DNA from: a virus
Taxonomy: Duplodnaviria > Heunggongvirae > Uroviricota > Caudoviricetes
Strand: one strand, 5' to 3'
Virus record (IMG/VR): IMGVR_UViG_3300042923_000692
Coordinates: 26,709-90,708 of that record
Length of the DNA stretch: 64,000 nt
Shown here: positions 62,886 to 64,000 of the stretch, piece after piece
Position numbering within the stretch: position 1 is the first letter of the stretch
How the letters are laid out: every line of letters begins with the position of its first letter
Program-made: the position numbers and the translations under genes
The notes under the pieces: generated by a model
What the model was told of the DNA's origin: nothing
The model's input: the letters and a program-made list of their open reading frames with translations, nothing else
Databases searched by the model: none

Positions 62886-63574
62886 GCAACCCCCGCAGCT
62901 TGAGCATGGGCGAGAATTTGAGAGTCAGAGAGTGCCGAGTTGTACCAAGCGACACCGCCAAATCGACCACTCATGCTGCGGTTCGTAGCGTCAGGGCTTC
63001 CGCCGAGAACCATATTCGTTCCCGGGATACCCATGGCGCGAACTCCCGATCGAACTTCTACCCCATTGTCGAACAACTTTGCCGTGGTACCATCCCACGT
63101 GACTGCCCAATGGTGAATTCCAGTTAGATCCGGTGCGGTATAATATGATCCGACAACGTATCCGGACGTAAGTCCTCCGAAGTAGAGAGTTACTCCATCA
63201 CTACCGTGACGTAGCGATATGACGTTTGACCACCGGAATATTTCATCCGCCGATACCCAAACGTTCATCACGGCGAGCATTTCGATAGTTAGGGCGGTGG
63301 GTGTCCCAATAGTGGCTGCCGCGGGTAGAGTAATCCCAGCGCTAGCTGCGCCGTTAATCCCAAGAGCCGTCGATCTATCCCCCACGCCATCGGCACCATA
63401 AGTAATACCAATATGGGAAGACGGTGTGATGTTACCCATCTGATCTACGGCCGGTTCTGCGGTATCATTGCCGGGAAAATAGAAGAAAGGGTTGTCAGCC
63501 AGAATCGCAGTTTCATACGATCCACCGCCCGAAACAGGAATGGATACCGCGGATCCAAAAATTCCCGATCTCAT
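62882..63574 (-). CDS. LamG/concanavalin-like jelly-roll domain protein
   Basis: 230 aa; motif MSGRFGGVAWYNSALSDSQI. Confidence 0.5.
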   Translation of the reverse strand: MRSGIFGSAVSIPVSGGGSYETAILADNPFFYFPGNDTAEPAVDQMGNITPSSHIGITYGADGVGDRSTALGINGAASAGITLPAAATIGTPTALTIEMLAVMNVWVSADEIFRWSNVISLRHGSDGVTLYFGGLTSGYVVGSYYTAPDLTGIHHWAVTWDGTTAKLFDNGVEVRSGVRAMGIPGTNMVLGGSPDATNRSMSGRFGGVAWYNSALSDSQILAHAQAAGVA

Positions 63575-63575
63575 G

Positions 63576-63980
63576 TCAAACCACTTCTTCGACGACGATT
63601 GGGTATAGCGAGGGAAGAGGTGTCAACTCACCATTCTCGACCGCAATGCTAATGCGCCATTCCATCTCAGACGCCTGCTTTTCAAGAGCGGCAATAACGA
63701 ACGAGGTTGTCGCGTTGATGTCGAACAGAAGTCGAACCTTGACGAACATGTAAGACTTAATGAGATTGAGATGCATAGAGTTGGGACCAAGATAGGTCGA
63801 CCAAAGCACCGAGCTGTCCTCAATCATGAATCCCTCAGCGGGACCAGCACCGATCTGCTGAAGAGTGGAGAACACGGAGTTGATATGCATGAGCACGTCG
63901 ACGTCAAACGCATCGTAGTCAGCGCTGATGCCAAGGACCTTCTTGGTTGTGTCCAGAATACTGTCCGGAATAGCAGGCAT
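63576..63980 (-). CDS. hypothetical protein
   Basis: 134 aa. Confidence 0.45.
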   Translation of the reverse strand: MPAIPDSILDTTKKVLGISADYDAFDVDVLMHINSVFSTLQQIGAGPAEGFMIEDSSVLWSTYLGPNSMHLNLIKSYMFVKVRLLFDINATTSFVIAALEKQASEMEWRISIAVENGELTPLPSLYPIVVEEVV

Positions 63981-64000
63981 GGTCTCTCCTTCCGTGTTTA

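Overview
This 64 kb window is a nearly strand-pure, densely packed segment of a tailed actinobacteriophage genome (siphovirus-like). Every supportable gene is on the minus strand, and WhiB, NrdH, ThyX and Ro60 are typical of phages of Mycobacterium/Gordonia-type hosts. Read 5'->3' on the minus strand (high to low coordinates), the window runs as follows. First come terminase and a family of small paralogs with a shared N-terminus. Then portal, a prohead-protease/scaffold/major-capsid fusion, four paralogous major-tail-like proteins, a repeat-containing fibre, the tape measure protein (41562..46667) and minor tail proteins. Next are membrane/holin-like genes and an array of tiny single-gene cassettes, each with the same promoter-like motif and its own terminator. 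After that comes a Ro60 (Rsr) orthologue immediately preceded by tRNA-Asn and a tandem array of eight Y-RNA-like modules, four of which carry a circularly permuted tRNA-like domain. The low-coordinate end holds the DNA metabolism module: a 1316-aa helicase / AEP-primase / family-B polymerase fusion, gp2.5-like SSB, HNH endonucleases, SF2 helicase, SLOG/DUF2493, DUF4326, MazG, dATP/dGTP pyrophosphohydrolase, NrdH and ThyX. The plus-strand ORFs in the supplied track look like antisense artefacts. The six-frame track translates GTG/TTG starts as M and often over-extends N-termini; where an internal ATG with a Shine-Dalgarno sequence sits exactly at the upstream stop (frequent TAATG/ATGA/TGATG overlaps) I used that start. 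Coordinates of RNA elements were worked out by hand and are approximate to within a few nucleotides.
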